A stretch of 64,000 bases of DNA from an uncultured virus (IMG/VR IMGVR_UViG_3300034092_002263) (lineage: Duplodnaviria; Heunggongvirae; Uroviricota; Caudoviricetes), in the IMG/VR virus record IMGVR_UViG_3300034092_002263. One strand, 5' to 3'. Positions 1-8,582 of this stretch are shown here, one piece after another; position 1 is the first letter of the stretch, and the number at the start of each line of letters is the position of its first letter. The notes under the pieces were generated by a model. The model ran no database searches, had not been told where the DNA came from, and worked only from the letters and a program-made list of their open reading frames with translations. The position numbers and the translations under genes are program-made.

Positions 1-13
1 GCTCTTCCGATCT
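1..13 (+). other. Illumina adapter remnant (GCTCTTCCGATCT), an assembly artefact marking the contig start
   Basis: Exact match to the 3' end of the TruSeq read primer, at position 1. Confidence 0.9.
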
Positions 14-14
14 C

Positions 15-380
15 CTAAGCAAATGGGATCGAAATAAAAAGTACACTTTTAAAAATGGCCGATCTGTTGAGGCAGCATACGATTATTTTGAGTGGGCAAG
101 TAATTTAAGATTTAATGAAGAAGACTATGGATGCGATCCTAATGATCCAGATTATAATAAATTGACTCCACAAGCAGAAGCATCAATTAAGATACGAGCA
201 TTGTATGAGTGGTGGACTAAAACTAGACCCAATCGAGATGATCCTTATGATATTATCACAAAAACAACTCATGGTAAACATTACTATCGTTTAATAGATG
301 AGATGGAAAGAAGTTACGAAAGAGAAGATACTGACAAGTTGATCGAACTAATTAAGATTAGGAGTCATTTATGGACATAG
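15..380 (+). CDS. 5'-truncated hypothetical phage protein
   Basis: The frame of ORF 162..380 has no stop back to the window start (LSKWDRNKKY...IRSHLWT). Confidence 0.7.
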   Translation, partial: LSKWDRNKKYTFKNGRSVEAAYDYFEWASNLRFNEEDYGCDPNDPDYNKLTPQAEASIKIRALYEWWTKTRPNRDDPYDIITKTTHGKHYYRLIDEMERSYEREDTDKLIELIKIRSHLWT

Positions 381-449
381 TCAAAAAGTATTTAGTTATT
401 GGTAATTGAATATCTTTAAATTTTCGCAATGCGTGTTGTAAAAAGTAGA

Positions 450-477
450 TTGACAAACTCGCCACGCACGGTATAAT
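450..477 (+). promoter_or_regulatory. sigma70-type promoter TTGACA-N16-TATAAT
   Basis: Consensus -35/-10 boxes in the intergenic gap upstream of GGAG and ATG 512. Confidence 0.75.
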
Positions 478-511
478 AATAGTGTGTCTTCGCACAAAAT
501 GGAGATGTATT

Positions 512-835
512 ATGGCTAAACTAAGAAAACAAGTATCTATAGATTTTTTGGATTACACTAAAACAGCAATTAATGATTTGCTTGCCAGTAGGATACCACA
601 ATCTGCAAAACAAAGATTGTGCTTTGTAATGGAAAAACTGTTGTATGATACAAAGTCTTATAATGGATTCAAGTATCTATATTGGAGTAAATACGGCTGT
701 TTAGATTGGGACGAGGCCAAACAAAGGGGAGTTTATAAGGAAGTTCCAAAGGAATTTATTTATGGACCAGATGATACTGGTGAATTAGATTTTGTGAGTG
801 ATATACAGGGCCAATATTCTCGTAGATATACATGA
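512..835 (+). CDS. hypothetical protein
   Basis: ORF; ATG 512 preceded by GGAG. Confidence 0.7.
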   Translation: MAKLRKQVSIDFLDYTKTAINDLLASRIPQSAKQRLCFVMEKLLYDTKSYNGFKYLYWSKYGCLDWDEAKQRGVYKEVPKEFIYGPDDTGELDFVSDIQGQYSRRYT

Positions 836-1017
836 ACATATATTTCAAACTAGATAAAAAAATAGATCCAAATAAGCTATTACAAGAATTACAAAAACTC
901 ATTAATAGATCTGAAGTGAATGAAAATTCTATCATAGAAATATCCATTAAGAATATTGCGTATGACGATACAGAAATTATACCCAAACTAGAATATAAAA
1001 ATGAACAAACAAACTAA
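832..1017 (+). CDS. hypothetical protein
   Basis: ATGA overlap with the upstream ORF. Confidence 0.6.
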   Translation: MNIYFKLDKKIDPNKLLQELQKLINRSEVNENSIIEISIKNIAYDDTEIIPKLEYKNEQTN

Positions 1018-1204
1018 ATTAACATTGAGAATAGCATTTGAAATATTCTACTTTGGATGTATTATTGTAGGTGGTGCATCTATTGGATTTTATGTAAGTA
1101 GACACGGAATAGAATTCTTAAATAGAAGTGCTGGATTTATTGATAAGTTCTTTTTGAATACTGAAAGAGGATTTACAGAAATGAAACCAACTGGAGATAA
1201 ATAA
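1001..1204 (+). CDS. small membrane protein
   Basis: One hydrophobic segment (IAFEIFYFGCIIVGGASIGFYV). Confidence 0.6.
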   Translation: MNKQTKLTLRIAFEIFYFGCIIVGGASIGFYVSRHGIEFLNRSAGFIDKFFLNTERGFTEMKPTGDK

Positions 1205-1205
1205 A

Positions 1206-1460
1206 ATGCCTAAAAACAGAATGGATCTTGAGATGGACATAATGGCCTTCTACAATTTCACACACCAAATTCAATCTCTATCCCGTGGAGTAATAGAAAG
1301 AGGTATGACCAGAGATGATATCGCCAATGCATTAAATGGACTTCAAAAACTATTAGAATTACATATAGAAGATACATACGATACATTTGTTGAAACATTT
1401 AATCTAAAAACTGGTGACGATAACAATATGCCAAATTGGGCTACACAATATCATGAATAA
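1206..1460 (+). CDS. hypothetical protein
   Basis: ORF tightly packed in the operon. Confidence 0.65.
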   Translation: MPKNRMDLEMDIMAFYNFTHQIQSLSRGVIERGMTRDDIANALNGLQKLLELHIEDTYDTFVETFNLKTGDDNNMPNWATQYHE

Positions 1461-1803
1461 ATACCTTAAATTAGAAAAACAAGAAAAACCACTTGAGTAT
1501 ATGATTCACCTATGTGAAGAACATAATCTTCCATCACAATTTGATATCTTTAATGCGAAAGACGAATTGAAATGTCTGAGAGGAGGATTGGATTATTTTA
1601 GGAGGGAAAACGAAGAACTAAAAACAAGAATATCTGAACTTGAAAGAGTTTTATCTCATCCCGTTGGTTATGGTAGAATAAATGAAAAAAATGATCTATA
1701 TGCATTTTCTACATGTTACAATCAATATGACGATCAAACAACGGTAATACCTTTGTACACTGATCCAGAAACTTTCAAGAAGTGGGTTGACAGTAGACGA
1801 TGA
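1453..1803 (+). CDS. hypothetical protein with coiled coil
   Basis: ORF; ATG 1453 overlaps the end of the previous gene. Confidence 0.65.
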   Translation: MNKYLKLEKQEKPLEYMIHLCEEHNLPSQFDIFNAKDELKCLRGGLDYFRRENEELKTRISELERVLSHPVGYGRINEKNDLYAFSTCYNQYDDQTTVIPLYTDPETFKKWVDSRR

Positions 1804-1814
1804 TAGGGTAGAAT
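1787..1814 (+). promoter_or_regulatory. sigma70-type promoter for the tRNA array, TTGACA-N16-TAGAAT
   Basis: Boxes end 13 nt upstream of tRNA-Leu. Confidence 0.7.
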
Positions 1815-1827
1815 GAATCTGTAGTTT

Positions 1828-1900
1828 GGGAGCGTAGACCAACGGCAGAGTCAAAGGACTTAAAATCCTTAAAGTGTGGGTTCGAATCCCACCGCTCCTA
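1828..1900 (+). tRNA. trnL: tRNA-Leu(TAA) with a short variable loop, no encoded CCA
   Basis: Acceptor GGGAGCG/CGCTCCT, anticodon arm AAGGA-CTTAAAA-TCCTT, T-loop TTCGAAT, discriminator A. Confidence 0.9.
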
Positions 1901-1905
1901 TTATT

Positions 1906-1976
1906 GCCCGCATAGTATAATGGTATTACAGTTGATTTGTAATCATCGGAAGGGGGTTCGATTCCCTCTGTGGGCT
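1906..1976 (+). tRNA. trnT: tRNA-Thr(TGT)
   Basis: Acceptor GCCCGCA/TGTGGGC, anticodon loop TTTGTAA, T-loop TTCGATT. Confidence 0.88.
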
Positions 1977-2049
1977 TGCCCGATAGCACAATGGTACTGC
2001 AACGGATTTTGGTTCCGTCGATTTCTAGGTTCGAATCCTAGTCGGGCAT
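1977..2049 (+). tRNA. trnQ: tRNA-Gln(TTG)
   Basis: Acceptor TGCCCGA/TCGGGCA (U1-A72), anticodon arm ACGGA-TTTTGGT-TCCGT. Confidence 0.9.
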
Positions 2050-2529
2050 ATTTTTATTAGAACCACAAAATGTATCAGTTTGAGAATGACAATTAGGACA
2101 TAAAAATCTAAGATTCTCTAACCTATTATCATTATTAATACCATTTATATGATCTAACTGGAGTGTAATTTTTTTATCATTCCAAGTATCAGACAGGCCA
2201 CACTCAGAACATTTATATGGAATTAAATTATCTCTAATAATAGTTAATTTAATAGACTTCCTTCTGTGCTTACAATTTTTAATAAACAAAGTAGAATAAT
2301 TTGATCTTGTGCATTTTCTACACACTTGACCTTTTTTGGATTTAATATTTCCACATTTACAGTTATTATATTGTTGTCTTAATATTTCTTCCCTAGTTTT
2401 TGCATAACGAGAACATTCCTTGCAATAACTTTTGAGATATGTATACCCCTTATCTTTTCTGATATGATATTCTGTTTTATGTTTACTTTTCGAACACTTT
2501 GGACAAACTTTGAATTCTGGTATTGACAT
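2038..2529 (-). mobile_element. HNH homing endonuclease, antisense inside the tRNA array
   Basis: LQLDHINGINNDNRLENLRFLCPNCHS HNH motif and CxxC Zn motifs; ATG 2529 with AAGGAG RBS. Confidence 0.88.
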
Positions 2530-2597
2530 TATAGACTCCTTGGTGTATAATAAATTATCGAACCCATAGTATATACACAAAAACGGGTTCGAAATAT

Positions 2598-2672
2598 TGC
2601 CCCGTAGCACAATTGGTAGTTTGCAAGCGACTGTTAATCGCTGGGTTGTTGGTTCGATCCCAACCGGGGCAG
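2598..2672 (+). tRNA. trnN: tRNA-Asn(GTT)
   Basis: Acceptor TGCCCCG/CGGGGCA, anticodon arm AGCGA-CTGTTAA-TCGCT, G73. Confidence 0.9.
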
Positions 2673-2675
2673 CTT

Positions 2676-2760
2676 GGAATCTTGGCAGAGTGGTCTAATG
2701 CAGCGGTTTACTAAACCGCCGAAGAGAAATCTTCCGGGGGTTCGAATCCCTCAGATTCCG
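2676..2760 (+). tRNA. trnS: tRNA-Ser(ACT), class II, unusual A34
   Basis: Acceptor GGAATCT/AGATTCC, G73, anticodon arm GCGGT-TTACTAA-ACCGC, long variable arm GAAGA-GAAA-TCTTC. Confidence 0.88.
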
Positions 2761-2772
2761 CTAAAGAAAAAC

Positions 2773-2801
2773 TTGACAACTGCCGATAACTGTTGTATAC
2801 T
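2773..2801 (+). promoter_or_regulatory. sigma70-type promoter TTGACA-N17-TATACT with GCCGAT in the spacer
   Basis: Consensus boxes upstream of GGAG and ATG 2830. Confidence 0.75.
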
Positions 2802-2829
2802 ACCATGTATGACACATTGGAGTAATGAA

Positions 2830-3024
2830 ATGAATCAAAAAACCAAGAAAATTATCACTGATTTAATATGTTGGTCAGAAGAATATTTAGAAGGTCTTGT
2901 TCTTGAATTGGAACATGGAGATATGGACTGTGAAGACGAAGAGCGTTTATCAAGTCTAATAGAACAGGTTACTCAAAGTATTGAAGAGGCAAAAGATCAT
3001 TTATCTACAAGCACAAAGAGGTAA
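2830..3024 (+). CDS. small acidic hypothetical protein
   Basis: ATG 2830 with GGAG; the longer track ORF runs through tRNA-Ser. Confidence 0.65.
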   Translation: MNQKTKKIITDLICWSEEYLEGLVLELEHGDMDCEDEERLSSLIEQVTQSIEEAKDHLSTSTKR

Positions 3025-3028
3025 AATA

Positions 3029-3241
3029 ATGATTAATTGTTTTAGTAATGTAATTGGTCATAAAGAAGCACAAGACCTAGTTATTGATCTTAATCAGATG
3101 AAGTCCTCCAAATCTGAAGATTTTTATATCGACTACGATATGTCTGATGATGATAACTATTTGGTAGTTGGAAATGTTACACAAGAGGATTGGGACGAAC
3201 TCAATCTTGATATGGACTTTATGGAAGCTGATATTATTTAA
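3029..3241 (+). CDS. small acidic hypothetical protein
   Basis: ATG 3029 with GAGG. Confidence 0.65.
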   Translation: MINCFSNVIGHKEAQDLVIDLNQMKSSKSEDFYIDYDMSDDDNYLVVGNVTQEDWDELNLDMDFMEADII

Positions 3242-3253
3242 TTGGAGAAAACA

Positions 3254-3538
3254 ATGAACAACGTCGATATTCCTAAGTATACTTTGATTAGTTATCTTCG
3301 TGATAAGAATGGTGAACCAAAGGGGGTTCTTGTTGCAACGAAGATGCATGAGGGTGGATATAATATTGGCTACTCATTCTGTTCAAAGTATGATAGATTT
3401 TGTAAAAAGCTTGGTCTTCGTATTGCTCTTGGTAGGGCATCATTTGTAACGGATATTATAGAAAATATGCCACGGGATCTACGAAAGATTCTTCCAAAGT
3501 TTATTCAGCGTTGTGAAAAATACTACAAGGTTTCATGA
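3254..3538 (+). CDS. hypothetical phage protein
   Basis: ATG with GGAG; GYSFCSKYDRFCKKLGLRIALGRA motif. Confidence 0.7.
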   Translation: MNNVDIPKYTLISYLRDKNGEPKGVLVATKMHEGGYNIGYSFCSKYDRFCKKLGLRIALGRASFVTDIIENMPRDLRKILPKFIQRCEKYYKVS

Positions 3539-3541
3539 AAC

Positions 3542-3569
3542 AAAAAGAGCCAAGGTTTCCCTTGGCTCT
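3542..3569 (-). terminator. intrinsic terminator between convergent genes
   Basis: AGAGCCAAGG-TTTC-CCTTGGCTCT hairpin with a U-tract on the - strand. Confidence 0.75.
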
Positions 3570-3599
3570 GATTGCATACATTACTAATTGTGGATATAA

Positions 3600-3926
3600 T
3601 CAAGAGCCAGATGGTTCCACTTTGACATTAAGAATTTCATCTATGTCTGAGCCAGCTAGATCTAGATTTACTGTAAAATTGTATCTCTTTACAAGAGTGT
3701 TACCAGAAATTGATTGTGATTGTGAAACTGTAACGTTGGTTAAATTTCCACTAGCAACAGCGTCTGCCATAGTATCAATGAGGCCATACATCATTTCATA
3801 TACTGTTGGATTTCCAGAAGTAAGAGGAATATAGCTATTAATACTACCAGATGGGAGTGTTAAATTTCCACCGCTTACTGTTGCTCCAGTAAAAACCTCT
3901 TGTATACCATGTGTTGAAAATGCCAT
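3600..3926 (-). CDS. probable virion-associated protein, Ser-Gly rich
   Basis: GGAG RBS, upstream GTGTATA motif, S/G/T/N-rich composition. Confidence 0.65.
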   Translation of the reverse strand: MAFSTHGIQEVFTGATVSGGNLTLPSGSINSYIPLTSGNPTVYEMMYGLIDTMADAVASGNLTNVTVSQSQSISGNTLVKRYNFTVNLDLAGSDIDEILNVKVEPSGS

Positions 3927-4006
3927 AAGTAATATCTCCCATTAATGAGTAAAAGTGTAAATATTTACAACAGTATATACACTAAAATATCAAAATCACA
4001 TTATTC

Positions 4007-4078
4007 GGCCCCATAGTTAAATGGATATAACGAGTGACTTCTAATCTCTAATTGTAGGTTCGATTCCTGCTGGGGCTA
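4007..4078 (+). tRNA. trnR: tRNA-Arg(TCT)
   Basis: Acceptor GGCCCCA/TGGGGCT, anticodon loop CTTCTAA, A20 in the D-loop. Confidence 0.9.
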
Positions 4079-4107
4079 TTAACTAACACAATATTAAGGA
4101 GAATTTT

Positions 4108-5352
4108 ATGAACAGACGACATTTTTTATCTCATATCAATGGAATAATGGCATTATCATCAAGTTCGATATTATTCCAAAATGCTATCCTAGCAAATGCT
4201 AATAAATTGAAAAAGCAAAATAAAAGCACAATATTGCTATGGATGAGTGGCGGTCCCAGCACAATAGATATTTGGGACTTAAAACCCGATAGTCCAAGTG
4301 GGGGACAATTTAAACCAATTTCAACAAACGTAGATAGTATGCAAATATGTGAACATTTGCCACTGCTATCTAAAAAAATGGATAATCTTAGTATTATTCG
4401 TAGTATGAGTACAAGAGAGGCGGATCATGGTAGAGGTAGATATTATATGCATACTGGATATGTTCCTAATCCAAACATAGAACATCCTAGTTATGGTTCT
4501 GTAATATCCCACGAATTACTGAAAAATACAATGTCACAAATAGGAATACCGCCATTTATAAGCATTGGTGGCACAAGTATTGGGCCGGGATTTCTTGGTG
4601 CCACATACGCCCCACTAGTTGTTGATTATAATGGAACAATTAGAAATATACAATCTAGTATAGATCGACAAATATTACAACAAAGATTAGACTTCTTGGC
4701 TGTAGTAGAAAATAAATTCATACAAGAAAAACGTGGAGAACTTGCTGATAGTCACGCCAAGATGTTAAATAAAACTGTTGATTTAATGCTAGGTCCATAT
4801 ACTGAAGTCTTTAATGTTAGCAAAGAGCCACAAAATATTCGTGAAAGATATGGTAATACTCCTTTCGGTAAAGGCTGTTTAATGGCTAGAAGGCTGGTAG
4901 AAATTGGTGTTCCATTTATCGAAGTAGAACTTGGCGGGTGGGATAATCATATGGATATATTTACCACGCTGCCAGATAAATTATCTCAAATGGATATGGG
5001 TATGAGCGCCCTAATTGAAGATTTAATAGGTAGGGGGTTATACGAAACAACTAACATTATATGGATGGGAGAATTTGGAAGAACGCCAGACATCAATAAG
5101 AACGCTGGAAGAGATCATTGGGCAAGAAGTTGGAGTGCAGTAGTTGGTGGCGGTAAATTAAAACAGGGCATAGTAGTTGGAGAAACCAATGAAGATGGAA
5201 AGAAAGTAATTACTGAACCATATTCTTCTGAGGATCTAATGGCAACAGTACTTAAAAGTTTAGACATATCACTTGAAACTACATTTACATCTAAAAATGG
5301 AAGGCCAATGAAAATAGCAAATAGCGGAAAAGTCATAAGGGAGTTAATATGA
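4108..5352 (+). CDS. DUF1501 family protein with Tat signal
   Basis: MNRRHFL twin-arginine motif; LLWMSGGPSTIDIWDLKP, GGWDNH, GEFGRTP and GRDHW motifs. Confidence 0.9.
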   Translation: MNRRHFLSHINGIMALSSSSILFQNAILANANKLKKQNKSTILLWMSGGPSTIDIWDLKPDSPSGGQFKPISTNVDSMQICEHLPLLSKKMDNLSIIRSMSTREADHGRGRYYMHTGYVPNPNIEHPSYGSVISHELLKNTMSQIGIPPFISIGGTSIGPGFLGATYAPLVVDYNGTIRNIQSSIDRQILQQRLDFLAVVENKFIQEKRGELADSHAKMLNKTVDLMLGPYTEVFNVSKEPQNIRERYGNTPFGKGCLMARRLVEIGVPFIEVELGGWDNHMDIFTTLPDKLSQMDMGMSALIEDLIGRGLYETTNIIWMGEFGRTPDINKNAGRDHWARSWSAVVGGGKLKQGIVVGETNEDGKKVITEPYSSEDLMATVLKSLDISLETTFTSKNGRPMKIANSGKVIRELI

Positions 5353-5555
5353 AACTCAAAAAACAAGAAGATGAAACCGCAAAATATCTCATTTTAGAAA
5401 ATGATGTTATAGAACTACTGCATAACGGTATGCTTAAAAATAAACCGTATTTGCTTAGATTCTGTAATTTTAACAACGAGATATATGAAATAAGATTGGA
5501 TAAATCAGATATCAAATTTATTAATAACTTCTTGAACGGATATCTAGAAAATTAA
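5349..5555 (+). CDS. hypothetical protein
   Basis: ORF with GGAG RBS, overlaps the DUF1501 stop. Confidence 0.55.
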   Translation: MKLKKQEDETAKYLILENDVIELLHNGMLKNKPYLLRFCNFNNEIYEIRLDKSDIKFINNFLNGYLEN

Positions 5556-5604
5556 TGTGTATAAATTTCAGATGAATATTCTTATCAAATTAGCGAGGTC
5601 TATC

Positions 5605-5964
5605 ATGAATAAAGCATATAAAAGCGTATTTGTTATTTCATTTCTAGTGTCTTGGCTTACATTAGAATGTTTTGCAATGGTTGTCTCTAATAAGCAGTTA
5701 TTATTTTTTTATTCTGATAGATGCGGACCATGCAGAATAGCACACAAGGAAATAAATAATCCTCACTCTTTAGTAAGCATGGCTATGAAAAAATATAAGT
5801 TGAAGAAGATAAATTTCGATATTGACAAAGCCAAAGTAAGCAAGTATAATATTGAACAGATTCCTACATTTATTATTCTAGATAATGATAAGGAAATGGC
5901 TAGATTAGTAGGGATTAAGAATGGAATTAGTGATATGGTGGCTTTTCTTTTAGATAACGAATAG
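5605..5964 (+). CDS. thioredoxin-like protein with N-terminal signal/TM segment
   Basis: CGPC motif, IPTF cis-Pro motif, hydrophobic N-terminus, GAGG RBS. Confidence 0.8.
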   Translation: MNKAYKSVFVISFLVSWLTLECFAMVVSNKQLLFFYSDRCGPCRIAHKEINNPHSLVSMAMKKYKLKKINFDIDKAKVSKYNIEQIPTFIILDNDKEMARLVGIKNGISDMVAFLLDNE

Positions 5965-6315
5965 GGGGCGTCAAGGTTTCGACTACAATAAGTGATTTAT
6001 GTAAGCAAGTAGTAGGTGGTATGGAGGCTACTTTAAAACCATACTAAACGCTTTAACTGGCGTAACACAGTTAGCTCTTGCTGCTTGAAAAAGTAGCAAC
6101 GATTTGAGGATGCGATGAGGGTAGCGTCCAAAAAATCGTCGTTAAATCCTTCTGCATCTAGAATAGCCAACGGGTTCTAGATTAAGACTTTGTTGGTACG
6201 AAGAGATGAATGTTGTTTGTTCTTTATTCTCTTTTAAGATTTTATGAACAAAATAAACTTGTAGAAAGTATAATGATCTGTTGCTAGGACACGGGTTCGA
6301 CTCCCGTCGCCTCCA
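5964..6315 (+). ncRNA. ssrA: tmRNA; tag ORF 6059..6088 reads (A)GVTQLALAA
   Basis: 5' GGGGGCG pairs with 3' CGCCTCC-A including G3-U70; GGTTTCGAC 5' motif; T-arm ACGGG-TTCGACT-CCCGT; internal ORF ending LALAA*. Confidence 0.93.
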
Positions 6316-6336
6316 CTTGATGGCAGGATATTTGAT

Positions 6337-8568
6337 ATGATTAACTTTTCACTGATTAAAGATATGGACACTAGTAGAAAAAACTTTGAAATGTATAGCG
6401 AATATATTTCAAGTATAAACAGTGTAGAGAAATCTATTCAATTCATTAGATCAATTGTTAATAGATATATAGAAGAAGGAAAACTATTTGAATTACTTGA
6501 AGTTATATATCTGATTAATACGTGTGTTGAAAAATATAGCATTACTAATATATCAGAGTTTAATGATATCATAGAAAAAATTTATCACTACCACAAAAAT
6601 ATTAAAGTCAAGATATTATATCTAACTAGCTGTCTAGATTTAGGAATGGTAGAACAGTGTGATAAAATAATTAACGAGTCTCAAAAGAGTGAACAGAATT
6701 ATCTTACATGCATTAGATACATACATGAAAAAAATCTCAAACAAGCTTTAATCATATACAATAAAGATAAAAACAAATATAAGTATCCAAGCCTTTTTGG
6801 ACACATATTAAGAAACATAGAAATAGACCAGCAGGCGGTCAAATCTATAAACAATATCGTGTTCTCACTCGTTAAAAATAATCAATATCATAGTTTTATA
6901 CAGATCATAGAGCAATATCTAACTAAGATTATAGAACATGAGTATATCGATATAGAAACTTTTCTAGATAAAGTTGGTGGCATAAAAAATAATCTCAAGT
7001 TTGTTAAAGACTTTGTGTCATTCTTAATTGAGGTTGAGAATTTTGACATTGCTAAAAAATTTATCGCACTAATATCAAGCTACAAAAATAAAATTTCTAA
7101 TGGGATAGCCAAAGAATTGAATGACTTGTTGCTGTCTAAAGTTGGAATTTCTTTAGTTGTTGCCTGCATGAATAGGGAAGAAAATCTAGTCAAAATATTA
7201 AAGAGTTGGATTAATGTGCCATATATTCGTGAATTCATAATTATTGACTATAGTTCTAAAAACCCACTACAAGAAAATATGGATTTACAAAAATTATCAC
7301 AACAAAAAAATGTTAAGATAATAAGAGTAGAAAATGAGACAGTATTTAATCTTGGTCGTGCATATAATATTGGTTTTGATTTATCTAAAGAAAACTACAT
7401 TCTTAAAATAGATAGCGATTATCAATTGATCGATTCCGCATTTTTGGATAATTTATTGCTAAATAAGAATATGAAAAATTATTTTGTTAAGGGAGATTTT
7501 ACTTTTTCATCTTCAATGTCTGGCTTTTTCTTAATACATAGGGATAACTTACTACCATTTAGAGAAGACTTGAATGGGTATGGATTTGATGAAATAGATC
7601 TTCATAATAGAATCAAACAACATAAGCCCCAAATCAAAGAAATAATTTGGTTCAACATTGAAAAAAGTATTTACCACATACCACATAGTAATATAGATAG
7701 GGGCATAAATTATCAAAATAAAGATATCATTAAAACGGAACAAGATAATAGATATATGTGTTCTGTACACTCTCCAACTTTTCCAACACGCAAAAATTAC
7801 ACAATAGAAGATAAAGTTGTACATTTTAATAAGGAGTATAAGTTTCCAAAAATACTATGTATAAATCTAGCTAATAGAGAAGATAGGTGGAATAACATAA
7901 AACATATTGAGGAAGTTGAAAGATTTGAAGCGATAGAGGTTAATTTAAATAATTATGAAACGGTCTTGTTAAATAATGCAATAACATTTCAACCCGTCAA
8001 CCTCACTAGTAAGTATTATTTCACAAAAAATCCGGGAGCATTTGGTGCATATTTAAGTCACTATAAAGTGTGGGAAAAAATTGTAGAAGAAAATATACCA
8101 TATACACTAGTGCTTGAAGATGATATTGATATATCTTCGTTACAATCGCTGATGAATTCTAACATTATTTTTGAAAATCACGAATTGATTCAGTTATCAC
8201 TTAGGATGCATTGGCATGATAATAGAATGATATTTAATGGTGGAGAAGCATATATCTTGAGCCTATCTGCTGCTCAAAAATTAATATCAGCAACAAACTG
8301 TCCAACTCTTTTGAATTATGTAAAGCCAGTTGAAGAAGATAGCATAGTTGCACAAAGTATTGCCAATGGTGCTTATACTACTAAATATAATTGGAGCGGG
8401 AAAAAATCTATTACTTGTCCAGTAGACAAGTTTATGGGATATTGTTGTGAAGAACGAGCTAATGACTTCATCAAAATAAAACATTATTTCTATCCGTATA
8501 TAAAACTGAATGAAAACGTTTCAAAAATTTCTAGTATAATAGTTAATAATCAGTATACTACTCAATAA
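6337..8568 (+). CDS. multidomain glycosyltransferase: helical N-terminus + GT2-like + GT25-like
   Basis: ISLVVACMNRE/IIIDYSS/KIDSD/GYGFDEIDL (GT2); CINLANREDRW/GAYLSH/VLEDD (GT25). Confidence 0.85.
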   Translation: MINFSLIKDMDTSRKNFEMYSEYISSINSVEKSIQFIRSIVNRYIEEGKLFELLEVIYLINTCVEKYSITNISEFNDIIEKIYHYHKNIKVKILYLTSCLDLGMVEQCDKIINESQKSEQNYLTCIRYIHEKNLKQALIIYNKDKNKYKYPSLFGHILRNIEIDQQAVKSINNIVFSLVKNNQYHSFIQIIEQYLTKIIEHEYIDIETFLDKVGGIKNNLKFVKDFVSFLIEVENFDIAKKFIALISSYKNKISNGIAKELNDLLLSKVGISLVVACMNREENLVKILKSWINVPYIREFIIIDYSSKNPLQENMDLQKLSQQKNVKIIRVENETVFNLGRAYNIGFDLSKENYILKIDSDYQLIDSAFLDNLLLNKNMKNYFVKGDFTFSSSMSGFFLIHRDNLLPFREDLNGYGFDEIDLHNRIKQHKPQIKEIIWFNIEKSIYHIPHSNIDRGINYQNKDIIKTEQDNRYMCSVHSPTFPTRKNYTIEDKVVHFNKEYKFPKILCINLANREDRWNNIKHIEEVERFEAIEVNLNNYETVLLNNAITFQPVNLTSKYYFTKNPGAFGAYLSHYKVWEKIVEENIPYTLVLEDDIDISSLQSLMNSNIIFENHELIQLSLRMHWHDNRMIFNGGEAYILSLSAAQKLISATNCPTLLNYVKPVEEDSIVAQSIANGAYTTKYNWSGKKSITCPVDKFMGYCCEERANDFIKIKHYFYPYIKLNENVSKISSIIVNNQYTTQ

Positions 8569-8582
8569 ATAAAGAATTATCT

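Noticed and set aside
1906..1976. tRNA-Tyr(GTA) reading
   Set aside because: The loop register gives TGT; the short variable loop and G1-C72/C2-G71 fit Thr
1696..1989. Minus-strand 97-aa ORF, and the 5' extensions of ORFs 2038..2610 and 2674..3024
   Set aside because: They overlap tRNA genes; better starts with RBS exist at 2529 and 2830
2676..2760. Reading the Ser tRNA as a CTA amber suppressor
   Set aside because: The GCGGT/ACCGC stem centres the 7-nt loop TTACTAA on ACT; CTA is off-register by one base
3535..3834. Plus-strand 99-aa ORF
   Set aside because: Antisense shadow of 3600..3926, which has an RBS, a promoter motif and a terminator
4108..5352. Bacterial chromosome or prophage flank suggested by DUF1501 and GT genes
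   Set aside because: These genes share the AT-rich style and tight overlaps of neighbouring phage genes; no integrase, att site or housekeeping operon is visible
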